Shown here piece by piece: positions 24,693-33,391 of a stretch of DNA of 64,000 nt; position 1 is the first letter of the stretch, and the number at the start of each line of letters is the position of its first letter. The DNA lies in the NCBI GenBank assembly GCA_950097015.1, contig CATNEN010000002.1, positions 558,001-622,000 of the forward strand. Reading direction: 5' to 3'. Position numbers and translations under genes: made by a program. The notes beneath the pieces were generated by a model. The model did not search any database. It was not told the DNA's origin and was given only the letters and a program-made list of their open reading frames with translations. This DNA is from Macrostomum hystrix. Taxonomy: Eukaryota; Animalia; Platyhelminthes.

Positions 24693-24999
24693 TTTCCTTC
24701 TTTCTTCTATGCACAAGCTTCAGCAGAGTGGGGAGAATTTTTATGAAATTATGATTTAGCAAGTCAGCTTCTTTTCTTTGAGCTGGGATTTTTCGAATAA
24801 TCTGCTTGGACTTTGCCAGCTCAGCCTTTTCAATAAGAGAGAAAGTCAGGTTGTTTTCCAATAGGTTGTAACAGGCTTCAACAAGGAATTTTCGCACTTC
24901 TTTCGGACCGTGCTTGATTAGCAAGCGCTTGAAGCTGACAGTGTATTTCGCTGATGCAAGAATTGCAAAGATGCTTTCATGAAAACAAAGCGTGTCCAT
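24676..24999 (-). CDS. Small conserved Polinton protein (PW-like, tentative)
   Basis: 107 aa, EACYNLLENNL..L.K.K..IRK pattern; lies next to the ATPase. Confidence 0.6.
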   Translation of the reverse strand: MDTLCFHESIFAILASAKYTVSFKRLLIKHGPKEVRKFLVEACYNLLENNLTFSLIEKAELAKSKQIIRKIPAQRKEADLLNHNFIKILPTLLKLVHRRKKENEQVL

Positions 25000-25038
25000 T
25001 GTTGAGTATAGATATGGAAAACAGCGTATTTGCCATTC

Positions 25039-25728
25039 TTAGGTATAAACCAGGTGGGGGCGCTGGTTGGGCAGGATCCGCGCTCGCACTCGCAGCTCAT
25101 CGGGAGTGGATGGGTGGAAATCCAGAAGCAGGTAAGCTCCCCTGCCTTGAGCGGTCACATGCTTAAACACAGACAGCAGAAAGCCGGGCTTCTCTGCAAA
25201 GCACTGCCTGCCCAGTGCTGCAATCTGCAGCTGGTCTCTGGGGTTCTTCATGATGACAAAGTACATCGCATTCAGACTCATCGTTCGCAACTCTTTTCCT
25301 TTAAAAAATACATTCTGGGTCAGCATTACCAGAAAGCAGGGTAAGTTATGAGCGATTCCGGTGAATACATTTCGCATCGCAGCAGAGCTAGAAGTCTCAT
25401 CAATCAAATCATCAAAAACAATCAGGTCATTGGGTCTTAGAGCCGCCTCAATGTTGCTGGGGAATCCCTGCTGCATGTGCACTCCCAGGCTGCTCAGCTC
25501 AGAGTGCACTGTCTGCGAAACCCCATAGTACCACAGGACTCTCTCAGGCATCGTATCAAACATAACATCCCTGTACTGAATTAGCTGCTTCACGAAGGTT
25601 GTCTTGCCAGCATTGGTTGGCCCGCTGACAATCATGCAGCTTCCCTGCCGCAGGCGGGCATCATAGCAGGTTCTATTCGCACTGGTTTCCATAGTCGGCT
25701 TTAGCCAATTTGTAGAGCTGACTTTCAT
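25039..25728 (-). CDS. FtsK/HerA (A32-like) packaging ATPase
   Basis: Walker A GPTNAGKT, Walker B LIVFDD, LTQN, RTMSLN..Y, KNPRD; intact. Confidence 0.93.
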   Translation of the reverse strand: MKVSSTNWLKPTMETSANRTCYDARLRQGSCMIVSGPTNAGKTTFVKQLIQYRDVMFDTMPERVLWYYGVSQTVHSELSSLGVHMQQGFPSNIEAALRPNDLIVFDDLIDETSSSAAMRNVFTGIAHNLPCFLVMLTQNVFFKGKELRTMSLNAMYFVIMKNPRDQLQIAALGRQCFAEKPGFLLSVFKHVTAQGRGAYLLLDFHPSTPDELRVRARILPNQRPHLVYT

Positions 25729-26240
25729 AACTTTCTCTTTCTTAGGCTGGCTTCGAACTGCCGAAGCATTCTGTCATTCAGGTGGCTCTTTTCCTTTGAA
25801 TGCAGTTGTCGCAGAACCCACTTAAATGACCGTTTGAATTGAAACTTCTGATAAGTAAAATAAAGACAGAAGAGACCGCATTTGACAGAGTCACAGCTTT
25901 GAATTCGATCCACATTGCTGCTCAAACGAAGCGGGGAACCCAAGGCTACTTGCAGTAAATCATGAATAATCATTAAAGTTTTCGAGTCCCAGCCAAGGGA
26001 ATTGAAAAGCTCCACAGAATTCCCGTAAGTGACGTCGCAAACCACCCAGTGGCCTGACAAGGAGCTGTGATGCAACAAAAGGAAAATAAATTTGCTCTTA
26101 TATGTTTTCTCATTCAGGTAACTCCGCAAATGAAATTCTAATTCAGCATTATTAGAACTATTCAAATTTAGAGACACTATAAAAGCGTTTCTAATGGGCA
26201 AAAAGCTTCTGGCAAGTTTAAACATCTGAAAAGTGTTCAT
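25725..26240 (-). CDS. Adenain-like cysteine protease
   Basis: GHW, FNSLG (D to N versus the usual FDS.G), Q..DS..CG; ATGA overlap with the ATPase. Confidence 0.85.
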   Translation of the reverse strand: MNTFQMFKLARSFLPIRNAFIVSLNLNSSNNAELEFHLRSYLNEKTYKSKFIFLLLHHSSLSGHWVVCDVTYGNSVELFNSLGWDSKTLMIIHDLLQVALGSPLRLSSNVDRIQSCDSVKCGLFCLYFTYQKFQFKRSFKWVLRQLHSKEKSHLNDRMLRQFEASLRKRKL

Positions 26241-26245
26241 AATTA

Positions 26246-26729
26246 TTATGAAAAATCTTGCAAAATTTCCCTATGCTTGGTGACTTCAATCAGAACCGAA
26301 ATCGGAACCGAATCTCCAGCCGCAGGTTTCCCTCTTTCTGTCCGTACCACAAGGCTGCTCCCTCGGGTGTGAGGTCGAACGCTAACACGGTGTTGTCGTT
26401 GGAGAAGATCTGATAGGGGATCCATGGGACCGAGTTGGTGGGGCTGGCAGACTGGCAGCTTTTCAGGTAGTGCAAGTACTCTCGCACAAATGAGTTGTTT
26501 TCGGGTGTGAATGCACCGTGGCACATGGTTTCCCCGCCTTTCTTTAGAGCTAGCTGGCTGAGGTTGAAGATCTAAAAATGGATCCCGCTTTTAGATCCAT
26601 GAATTCGATGGGTGCATTTGCAGCAATTGAGTTCACGGGGTGAATATCGACATAGGAGGATTTGTCAATGGCAGTCTGCAGCGCAGGAGCCTTGAACAAA
26701 TCGAGCCTTGGGTTGAATCCATAAGCCAT
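26246..26729 (-). pseudogene. Major capsid protein (double jelly-roll) remnant with large internal deletion
   Basis: N-terminal LDLFKAPALQTAIDKSSYVDIHPVN...PIEF (26729-26600) is joined to C-terminal ...AFDLTP...GNLRLEIRF and IEVTKHREILQDFS; only 484 bp remain. Confidence 0.85.
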
Positions 26730-26731
26730 TT

Positions 26732-27118
26732 CTACGACAAAGAGTCCAGCACGCGCTTCACCGTTTTCCTGCTGACTTTTCGTTTCCTCTTGCTTACCGT
26801 TTTGCCCTTTGCTTTGCTCTCTCCTTTCTTAGGTTTCTTTCTACCAGAATTTTTCCGTTTTCTTGATTTTTTCCCCTTCTTGCCATTTTGGCGAGGTGTC
26901 TTCTGTATTCTCTTTTTCCTAGAAACTTTAGCATTCAACTGTCTTCTTTTGCTAACGCTTTTGCCAGCCGAGGCCAACTGAGATGCATGTGCTGGTGAAG
27001 TTGCTGGAGGAGGTTGATATGTCATGATCCCTGGAAAACTTCCGCACCCATAGGGCGCAGATTTATCGCTTCCATTTCGAGTTCCAGAGTACTGCCGGAT
27101 CAGCTGCTGATAGTTCAT
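26732..27118 (-). CDS. Lys/Arg-rich putative core (DNA-condensing) protein
   Basis: 128 aa, highly basic C-terminal half, Gly-rich N-terminus; lies between the minor and major capsid genes. Confidence 0.65.
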   Translation of the reverse strand: MNYQQLIRQYSGTRNGSDKSAPYGCGSFPGIMTYQPPPATSPAHASQLASAGKSVSKRRQLNAKVSRKKRIQKTPRQNGKKGKKSRKRKNSGRKKPKKGESKAKGKTVSKRKRKVSRKTVKRVLDSLS

Positions 27119-27921
27119 CGAATAAGTTTCTCCTGGATCTGAATCGTGAGCAAAACAGGACTGCAGCTCTGAGCAGTCAGAGAGTGACCAAATGTATCCA
27201 GCAGTTGAATTCGAATGCTGTGTAGAAAATTTGCTTTCTGGATTGGGAAGAACAATGTTTTCTTAAACACTTTGCTGAAGTAGCAGCCCCATTCAGCATT
27301 AGAACTGATGTTCACAGTTCGCAGCAGGGAGTCCCAGTTGCAGCTTGTTGACTCAACAAGGCTGCAGTGCACATTGACCAGGTTGGTGGGCGGACAGCCG
27401 ATGCAACAGCTTGACACGTGGCGCCCAGGTGGGATTTTGATTGACTGGTTTCCAAATCCCAACCACTGCAGGATTTTGCTTGGAGGAAAATACAACTCTG
27501 CTCGTGCGGTATTGTTGTGCATCACTGTTCTTTGATTCTGAATTTCAAACTTTATCCCAAAATCTTTATTGCTGCGAGCCATCAGGCCCGATTCATCAGC
27601 CTCCATCTCAGACTCTCTATCGCTCATGGCATCAAAGAACAGTGACTCAGAGTTGACTAGTAGCTCGTTCAACCGCTCCACCAGCTCATCCACTCTGTCA
27701 AAGCGTCCGGGTTGAAGAACCAGGGCCTCATGCTCTCTTCCATCTGAGACTGTGAAGCAGTAAGGCTCGTCAACATTGAGCCATGCAGTAGGCAGATGGA
27801 TTTCAGCCAGACCTGCCTCATAATCCACATTTCGATCCAAGTATATAGGTGCAGACAGGCGAAAATTAAAGTCACTAGAAGAACCTTCTGCATGCTCACT
27901 GTTTATTACGATGCTGCTCAT
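27115..27921 (-). CDS. Minor capsid (penton-like) protein
   Basis: SSDF..RLSAPIYL...YEAGLAEI.LP..W.N start and LVNVHCSLV..IRIQL.D C-terminal pattern of Polinton mCP. Confidence 0.8.
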   Translation of the reverse strand: MSSIVINSEHAEGSSSDFNFRLSAPIYLDRNVDYEAGLAEIHLPTAWLNVDEPYCFTVSDGREHEALVLQPGRFDRVDELVERLNELLVNSESLFFDAMSDRESEMEADESGLMARSNKDFGIKFEIQNQRTVMHNNTARAELYFPPSKILQWLGFGNQSIKIPPGRHVSSCCIGCPPTNLVNVHCSLVESTSCNWDSLLRTVNISSNAEWGCYFSKVFKKTLFFPIQKANFLHSIRIQLLDTFGHSLTAQSCSPVLLTIQIQEKLIR

Positions 27922-27963
27922 TCCTCAAAATCAAAATATTAAAATATCGAATAACTTAGATGT

Positions 27964-29061
27964 CTATACCTTTCTTAAGTCCTTCTCATCCACCCAGCCA
28001 GTCGAGTTGTAGTCGGCCCACTTTACGAGATAGCGAATCTTTCCCTTCCGCTTCTCAGTCTTTAGAATCTTTTCAATCACATACAGCCGCTGGGAGTCTG
28101 GAACAGCTTGCAGCTCATGCTCATGAAAGAGGCCTCGAATATCTTCACCCTTCATGTCTCGAATCTGGTACATATACGGATAATGCTTTGGAGCTCTTGA
28201 CACTACAGTATACACTTCTTCACTCCAGTTAGCCATGTATCCCTTTCTGAAGAGTCTGGGAGCATTTGAAATTCGTACAGACTGGTTTTCACTGAACTTC
28301 GGTTTTCTCAGCTTCTTAACTGTCTCAATCGCTTTCCCATCGTAAAGATTCATCCAGATGTCAGTCTCATTTTCTTTGCAAACATTCATTGGTGTAGTCT
28401 TAATGCTTCTGTGGAATGTATTGTTATAGGACTTGACCAGTTTAGGTAGCACATCAAGCCATTGTAGAGTGCTGTTGTGAGTAAAATAACGCCACATCTT
28501 GCTTTTTAAAGTTCGATTCCATCTTTCTATTACGGCAGCTTTGTGCTCACTGTTTGTTGGAAACGCCAGAATCCCGCGGTCTATGCAGAACTGGCGAAAT
28601 ATTGTGTTAAGAAACTCCTTTCCCTGATCCGTGCGGACGGTGCGTGGCTGCCGCTTTGAGCTCTTCAGCATGCTCTCAAACGCTGATTGCACTTCTGCTG
28701 CGCTTTTAGACCTCAGAGCTCTGGCCATAGCGAATTTAGATAAAACATCTATACATGTAAGAATGTATTTATGCCCGCGATTATATTTGGCAAACGGAAT
28801 CATTTCCACCAGATCCAACTCCCACTGATCATCAATGGCTCTTACTATTATTGGCGCCCTTTGAAATCGAACTCTAGCCGGCTTATGTAGAGTATGCACT
28901 GGCTGCTGACTTAGCCATTGCTCAATCCCCTTAATCCCGATGTGATAATCTCTTTTTCTCAGTTCATGTTGAAGCTTTGAAGAACTGCAATAACTCGCTG
29001 GCTGATTCGGGTTAAAGTAAACTTTTTCCTTTTTCAGAAACAAGGAGGCTAAAATTTTCAT
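27964..29061 (-). CDS. Polinton rve-type DDE integrase with C-terminal chromodomain
   Basis: WELDL, IDVLSK, RTDQGKEF, VIERWNRTLK; YVIEKIL...YLVKW chromodomain; intact. Confidence 0.95.
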   Translation of the reverse strand: MKILASLFLKKEKVYFNPNQPASYCSSSKLQHELRKRDYHIGIKGIEQWLSQQPVHTLHKPARVRFQRAPIIVRAIDDQWELDLVEMIPFAKYNRGHKYILTCIDVLSKFAMARALRSKSAAEVQSAFESMLKSSKRQPRTVRTDQGKEFLNTIFRQFCIDRGILAFPTNSEHKAAVIERWNRTLKSKMWRYFTHNSTLQWLDVLPKLVKSYNNTFHRSIKTTPMNVCKENETDIWMNLYDGKAIETVKKLRKPKFSENQSVRISNAPRLFRKGYMANWSEEVYTVVSRAPKHYPYMYQIRDMKGEDIRGLFHEHELQAVPDSQRLYVIEKILKTEKRKGKIRYLVKWADYNSTGWVDEKDLRKV

Positions 29062-29169
29062 AATTTATTTATTCTTAAGATGTTGGAAACGCACAAGCAG
29101 CACATATTTTTTCAAAAATTAGAAAAAGTATGGATAAAAATGTTGCTTTTAGTGTCAGAGGGTCCGCAT

Positions 29170-29937
29170 TCAGTCGAAGCGCAGTTTGGGCAGCTTCATG
29201 GCATCCAATCTACGCAGAGCAAACGACGGCTGCTTGCGCTTCCTAGCATTCTCAGCTGCAGCCGCTTGAGCTCGGAATTGGTACCAGACTGGGTCCTCCT
29301 GTAGATCAGTGTCTTGCTGAGGAATGGCTCCAGCTACAGCCTTTGAAAGTGGCAAAGGCGTTGAAGTGGCGAACTCCGTATCATTTTGCAGATTGGACGA
29401 CATTGCAGCTTCATCAGCAGCAGCAGCACCGTCCGAATCTTCCATCTTCAGGGCAGGTTTGGTTTCGTCTGCGTTGTCACCAGCACCGTCTTCGCCTTTG
29501 ATGCTGTCCGAGGAAGATCCTGGCTCCAGCTCGTACATATCTGACATCTCACGTTGAGCCGATAGCTGCCCGTCAATCCAATCCGCGTACTGCCACAGCT
29601 TCCGCCACAGCGGTGGTGTCAGCGGCACGGTGTTCCGCTTAAGAAACTCTTCGCAGCAGTCCTCGGGCAGTCGCTTTAGCCAGATGATGCTGTCCTTCAC
29701 CTCAATGAATTTATCAAAGCCAAGTTGTACGAATTTCGGCTGGTTGTCCAAGGCAGCCTTGACAAGCGATCTCTTCAGTTCCTTGAGCTTCTGCCATTGC
29801 CGGATGTTCAAATTGAAACCGGGGACTCCAGGTTTCAAACTCGCAGTGCTGCCATGTCGGTAAAATTTTCTGATAGCAATGAATTTCACTCCTTCATATT
29901 CCTGTATTTGCAGCTTATATCCTTCGCAGATGTCCAT
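29170..29937 (-). CDS. PC4/Sub1-like ssDNA-binding protein with two PC4-like repeats and an acidic tail
   Basis: LQIQEYEGVKFIAIRKFY...LKPGVPGFNLNIRQWQKL is the PC4 signature; second degenerate repeat ..VPLTPPLWRKL. TATATAA lies ~75 nt upstream. Confidence 0.8.
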   Translation of the reverse strand: MDICEGYKLQIQEYEGVKFIAIRKFYRHGSTASLKPGVPGFNLNIRQWQKLKELKRSLVKAALDNQPKFVQLGFDKFIEVKDSIIWLKRLPEDCCEEFLKRNTVPLTPPLWRKLWQYADWIDGQLSAQREMSDMYELEPGSSSDSIKGEDGAGDNADETKPALKMEDSDGAAAADEAAMSSNLQNDTEFATSTPLPLSKAVAGAIPQQDTDLQEDPVWYQFRAQAAAAENARKRKQPSFALRRLDAMKLPKLRFD

Positions 29938-30209
29938 GAAAAACTTAAACAGAATTAATTATCTCGTTTAAACAAAATTTCGGCTCTACGTGAATCAATC
30001 AATTTTTTGGTACTTATATAGACTAAACCATTGCCGCAAACATACAGCTATAGTAAAACATGGTCCGCGAGTTCCCACTAACCCACATTTTTTTACAAAT
30101 CAGCCCCGGAACTCCCCACCCCACCCCGGAACTCCCACGGCTTTCCCTGCGGCAGAGCACATCAATGCATTTACATCGGCTCCTATGTTCACTCACTAAC
30201 CCCAAGGTT
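29694..30209. repeat. 516-bp direct repeat (second copy 31995-32510) flanking the LINE 5' fragment; duplicates the PC4-like promoter and 5' end
   Basis: CCTTCACCTCAATG...CCCCAAGGTT appears identical on both sides of 30210-31994. Confidence 0.95.
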
Positions 30210-31994
30210 GCTCGCACCGGCGGGACACAGTGCCTGTGAGGTATGAGTCAGTCCAGGCCCACGGGCTTTGGTCTGCGATGCCTCACACCTGCAGCCGTTT
30301 TTTGAGCAGGCCTGGCAGGAAGGAGACCTGTACCTTCGGGTGCAGGAATCCCTCCAACGCTGTCCCGTCAGCTGACCCATGGGTACACGTCCCGCGAGTG
30401 TTCAAGGCTGACCCTAGGGCAGCCGGACAGAATGGGCAACAGCGCTGGATGACCCATCCAGGGCCTCCGGCCAAACTGGGTACCTCTAGCCCCGGCTGGA
30501 GGGAAAGGTGTCACCCTTTGACCTTAACAGGGTATGTGGCTTGTCCGCAATTTTCGTGCACCTGTGCGTGATCAGGTACCTCTGGCTACGGCCCTGAGGG
30601 ACAGGTGTCACCCTTTGACCTTAACAGGGTTTGCGGCCAGCCCGCAGGCCTCGGCGCCGGCTCAATGGCACCCTCCAATGTCCCAGTGTTGACCGTGCTG
30701 ATGGACGCTTGGCCAGGGAGTAGTCTGGTCTCTTACGGTTCCTCCCGGTGGTCCTGGCATCCCACCCCGGGTTGTAACTTGTCTTTTTTGGCTGCCCCCG
30801 CTCAGTTTTGGGATCGCGGCTGAGCGGGTTATTCCTGCCTGTGTCTACAGGAAGCCCCTCTCTTCATTGCAGCTTTCAATGGCTTCTAGCCCTTCAACTG
30901 CTCCGGCCGAGGACACCATGGTGCCTGAGGCCATACACGCTGCGGCGCCCGGGCTAGCTGGCCCCGCGACCGCCACAAATGCCGCGCTGCCCAACTCGCG
31001 CGATGACCGGGGCGCTAAGCGCTCCACCACCTCTGGAGCGGCAAAACGCCGTAGGCGCATGCTGGCCCACGGCACGTCGGCTCCATTGACCAAGGACCAG
31101 GCCCAGGCCAGAGGGGCCGAAGGGGCTCTGCCTAGGGCGGGGGCTGGGGCGGGGGGCCTTGTGCCTCCTGCCCAGGCTCCTGCACGGGGCGGAGCCCACG
31201 ACGCCCCGAGGCCAGGGTCGCGGGCCAAGGAGGGCCCGGCGCCCATCCGGACGGCTGCCCGGCCCGAAGGAGAAGCGGAGGCGGAGGGCCCTGTGCCCAC
31301 CGCCGACGCAGATCCCGAGGGTGGGGACGCCACCGGACAGGGCCCGGGACCACAAGCTACCTACGCCGCCATCGCACGTAGGCAACCTGCCGTCATCATC
31401 ACCGGCAGAGACGGGAAAAGGCTGAGCAGCGAACAGCTCAGCGACATTTGCCGCAACATAGATGCTATGTTGTGGCAACTTCAACTGAAGGGCGAGCCCC
31501 TGGCGGTCGGCGCAAGCGCTACCAGGGAATCGTGCTTCGTCGTCTGGCCCGGCGATGCGGAATCGGGGCGGCGGCTCCTCGAGTTGCTGCCCACGCAGAG
31601 CTGGGCGGCTGGCCTCGAGTTCCTACGGGAGAACGAGCCACCAAAGACCAAGCGACACCGTATCTTCGTCCCGGCGAAAAGTGTCGTCACCAGCGCTGAG
31701 GACCTCCGCAGGGGCCTCATCGCGATGAACCGGGAGCTGCCGACAGCGGGCCTGATCGTGCACCGCACGATCCTGCGCCCCGACGGCACCGGTTTCACCG
31801 CCATTCTGGGCCTGTCCGAGCAATGGACACGCCGCTACCCAGATGGCGCCAACATTTGCATTGGTCTGTGGAAGACCAAAATCTTCGCCTTCGAGGCGGA
31901 TAAAACCCGAGGTCAGACCGGGCCCACCACCGTACCGGCCAATGAAGGGTCCTCGGACCCCAAGGCTGGGGTCCGAGCCTTGTCCGAGGTGACC
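30210..31994 (+). mobile_element. Non-LTR retrotransposon 5' fragment (5' UTR plus ORF1)
   Basis: GC-rich like the ORF2 piece; 5' UTR has a 28-bp direct repeat (30506-30533, 30603-30630); ORF1-like gene follows. Confidence 0.7.
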
Positions 31995-32009
31995 CCTTCA
32001 CCTCAATGA
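30879..32009 (+). CDS. LINE ORF1 (DUF4780-like, LOA-type), 3' end cut by the junction
   Basis: Low-complexity N-terminus, SGAAKRRRR, TYAAIA, WP.D.ES, R.RIFVP, L...N..L pattern recalled for LOA ORF1; last codons come from the duplicated Polinton DNA. Confidence 0.6.
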   Translation: MASSPSTAPAEDTMVPEAIHAAAPGLAGPATATNAALPNSRDDRGAKRSTTSGAAKRRRRMLAHGTSAPLTKDQAQARGAEGALPRAGAGAGGLVPPAQAPARGGAHDAPRPGSRAKEGPAPIRTAARPEGEAEAEGPVPTADADPEGGDATGQGPGPQATYAAIARRQPAVIITGRDGKRLSSEQLSDICRNIDAMLWQLQLKGEPLAVGASATRESCFVVWPGDAESGRRLLELLPTQSWAAGLEFLRENEPPKTKRHRIFVPAKSVVTSAEDLRRGLIAMNRELPTAGLIVHRTILRPDGTGFTAILGLSEQWTRRYPDGANICIGLWKTKIFAFEADKTRGQTGPTTVPANEGSSDPKAGVRALSEVTPSPQ

Positions 32010-32621
32010 ATTTATCAAAGCCAAGTTGTACGAATTTCGGCTGGTTGTCCAAGGCAGCCTTGACAAGCGATCTCTTCAGTTCCTTGAGCTTCTGCCATTG
32101 CCGGATGTTCAAATTGAAACCGGGGACTCCAGGTTTCAAACTCGCAGTGCTGCCATGTCGGTAAAATTTTCTGATAGCAATGAATTTCACTCCTTCATAT
32201 TCCTGTATTTGCAGCTTATATCCTTCGCAGATGTCCATGAAAAACTTAAACAGAATTAATTATCTCGTTTAAACAAAATTTCGGCTCTACGTGAATCAAT
32301 CAATTTTTTGGTACTTATATAGACTAAACCATTGCCGCAAACATACAGCTATAGTAAAACATGGTCCGCGAGTTCCCACTAACCCACATTTTTTTACAAA
32401 TCAGCCCCGGAACTCCCCACCCCACCCCGGAACTCCCACGGCTTTCCCTGCGGCAGAGCACATCAATGCATTTACATCGGCTCCTATGTTCACTCACTAA
32501 CCCCAAGGTTACTCCAGCCATAGAAACGCACGATATGAAATTTCAGGTCTCTATGCATTAAAATTATTGTGCGGAACGTGAATATACGTGAATATACAGC
32601 GAACAGTGAATATACTTGTGG

Positions 32622-32824
32622 CATGCTTTGTAAAGTGGGTCAGTAATGTACACTTCCCTTGTTTCTATTTTTAGCAAATCCGCCTGGGCCTCCCCGGAAC
32701 TGCCACGGCTTTCCCTGCGGCAGAATCCACCAATGCATTTACATAGGCGCCTATGTTTACACACTGAGCCCCGTGGCTTTTCCACGGAAAATCCTGCGGC
32801 AGAGTGCACATAACTCCTACTACT
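32622..32824 (-). repeat. Polinton right terminal inverted repeat
   Basis: Reverse complement of 8123-8326. Confidence 0.95.
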
Positions 32825-32855
32825 CCTGCCGGTTAGCGAACTGGCTGGAGTCCAG

Positions 32856-33218
32856 TCATCCAACAACTGAATGGTTATTGACAAGTTTAAATCGGAATTT
32901 TATATGGCATAGGACTAGGACCAGTGGAATAGCGGTCCTGTTGCCGGCTGAGAGGTTCAGTGTTCAGTCATCGCGAGAGTGCCATGAGTCAAGCTTAGAC
33001 TGGTGTCTGTATCTTCTGATACCTTTTAATGTGACACCTGTCAACTAGTTTTTTTGTTAAAAGACACGACGCGAAAAGACACGACGATAGAAACAAAATG
33101 ACAACGCAATAGTCAGTTATGTAGTCAAGCGCCCGCCCCAGCCCTCATCAAAGCCTGGGTGCCGGCCGCGCCGCTTGTTCTTCTGCCAGGTCGAACCTGC
33201 CGGTTTAACGAACTGGCT
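32856..33218. repeat. Duplicate of the host segment around the Polinton target (equivalent to ~7751-8122), with an empty site at 33196-33201
   Basis: After the TSD, 17 bp of host sequence and an 8-nt filler, the sequence jumps back ~350 bp and passes the target site uninterrupted. Confidence 0.9.
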
Positions 33219-33391
33219 GCTGATTGTCCCGGCACGTGGTATCGCGCTTAAGTCGGGTCGTATCAAATTGGCTAGCCGCCCTTCTATTAGCTGGGCCCAC
33301 CAGACCGGGGTTAGTCCGATGCCTTGGCTGTAGAGCAGGGTGACCCGCCGGTCGCGTGCATAGGCCTGGCTGGGCGCGCATGTACAAACAA

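Larger units (their letters stand above)
8123..32824. mobile_element. Polinton/Maverick (adintovirus-like), defective, with nested retroelements
   Basis: AGTAGTAGG...CCTACTACT termini, ~204 bp TIRs, 6 bp TSD CCTGCC (8117-8122 and 32825-32830). Empty sites in other units read CCTGCCGGTTTAACG. Contains pPolB, rve integrase, packaging ATPase, adenain-like protease, and major and minor capsid genes. Confidence 0.97.

Noticed and set aside
23944-29061. Prophage or bacterial operon (ATGA overlaps, dense genes)
   Set aside because: Gene set, TIRs and TSD define a eukaryotic Polinton; flanks are intron-containing genes.
31795-32238. 147-aa PC4-like paralogue
   Set aside because: Chimera of the duplicated PC4-like 5' end and antisense LINE ORF1.
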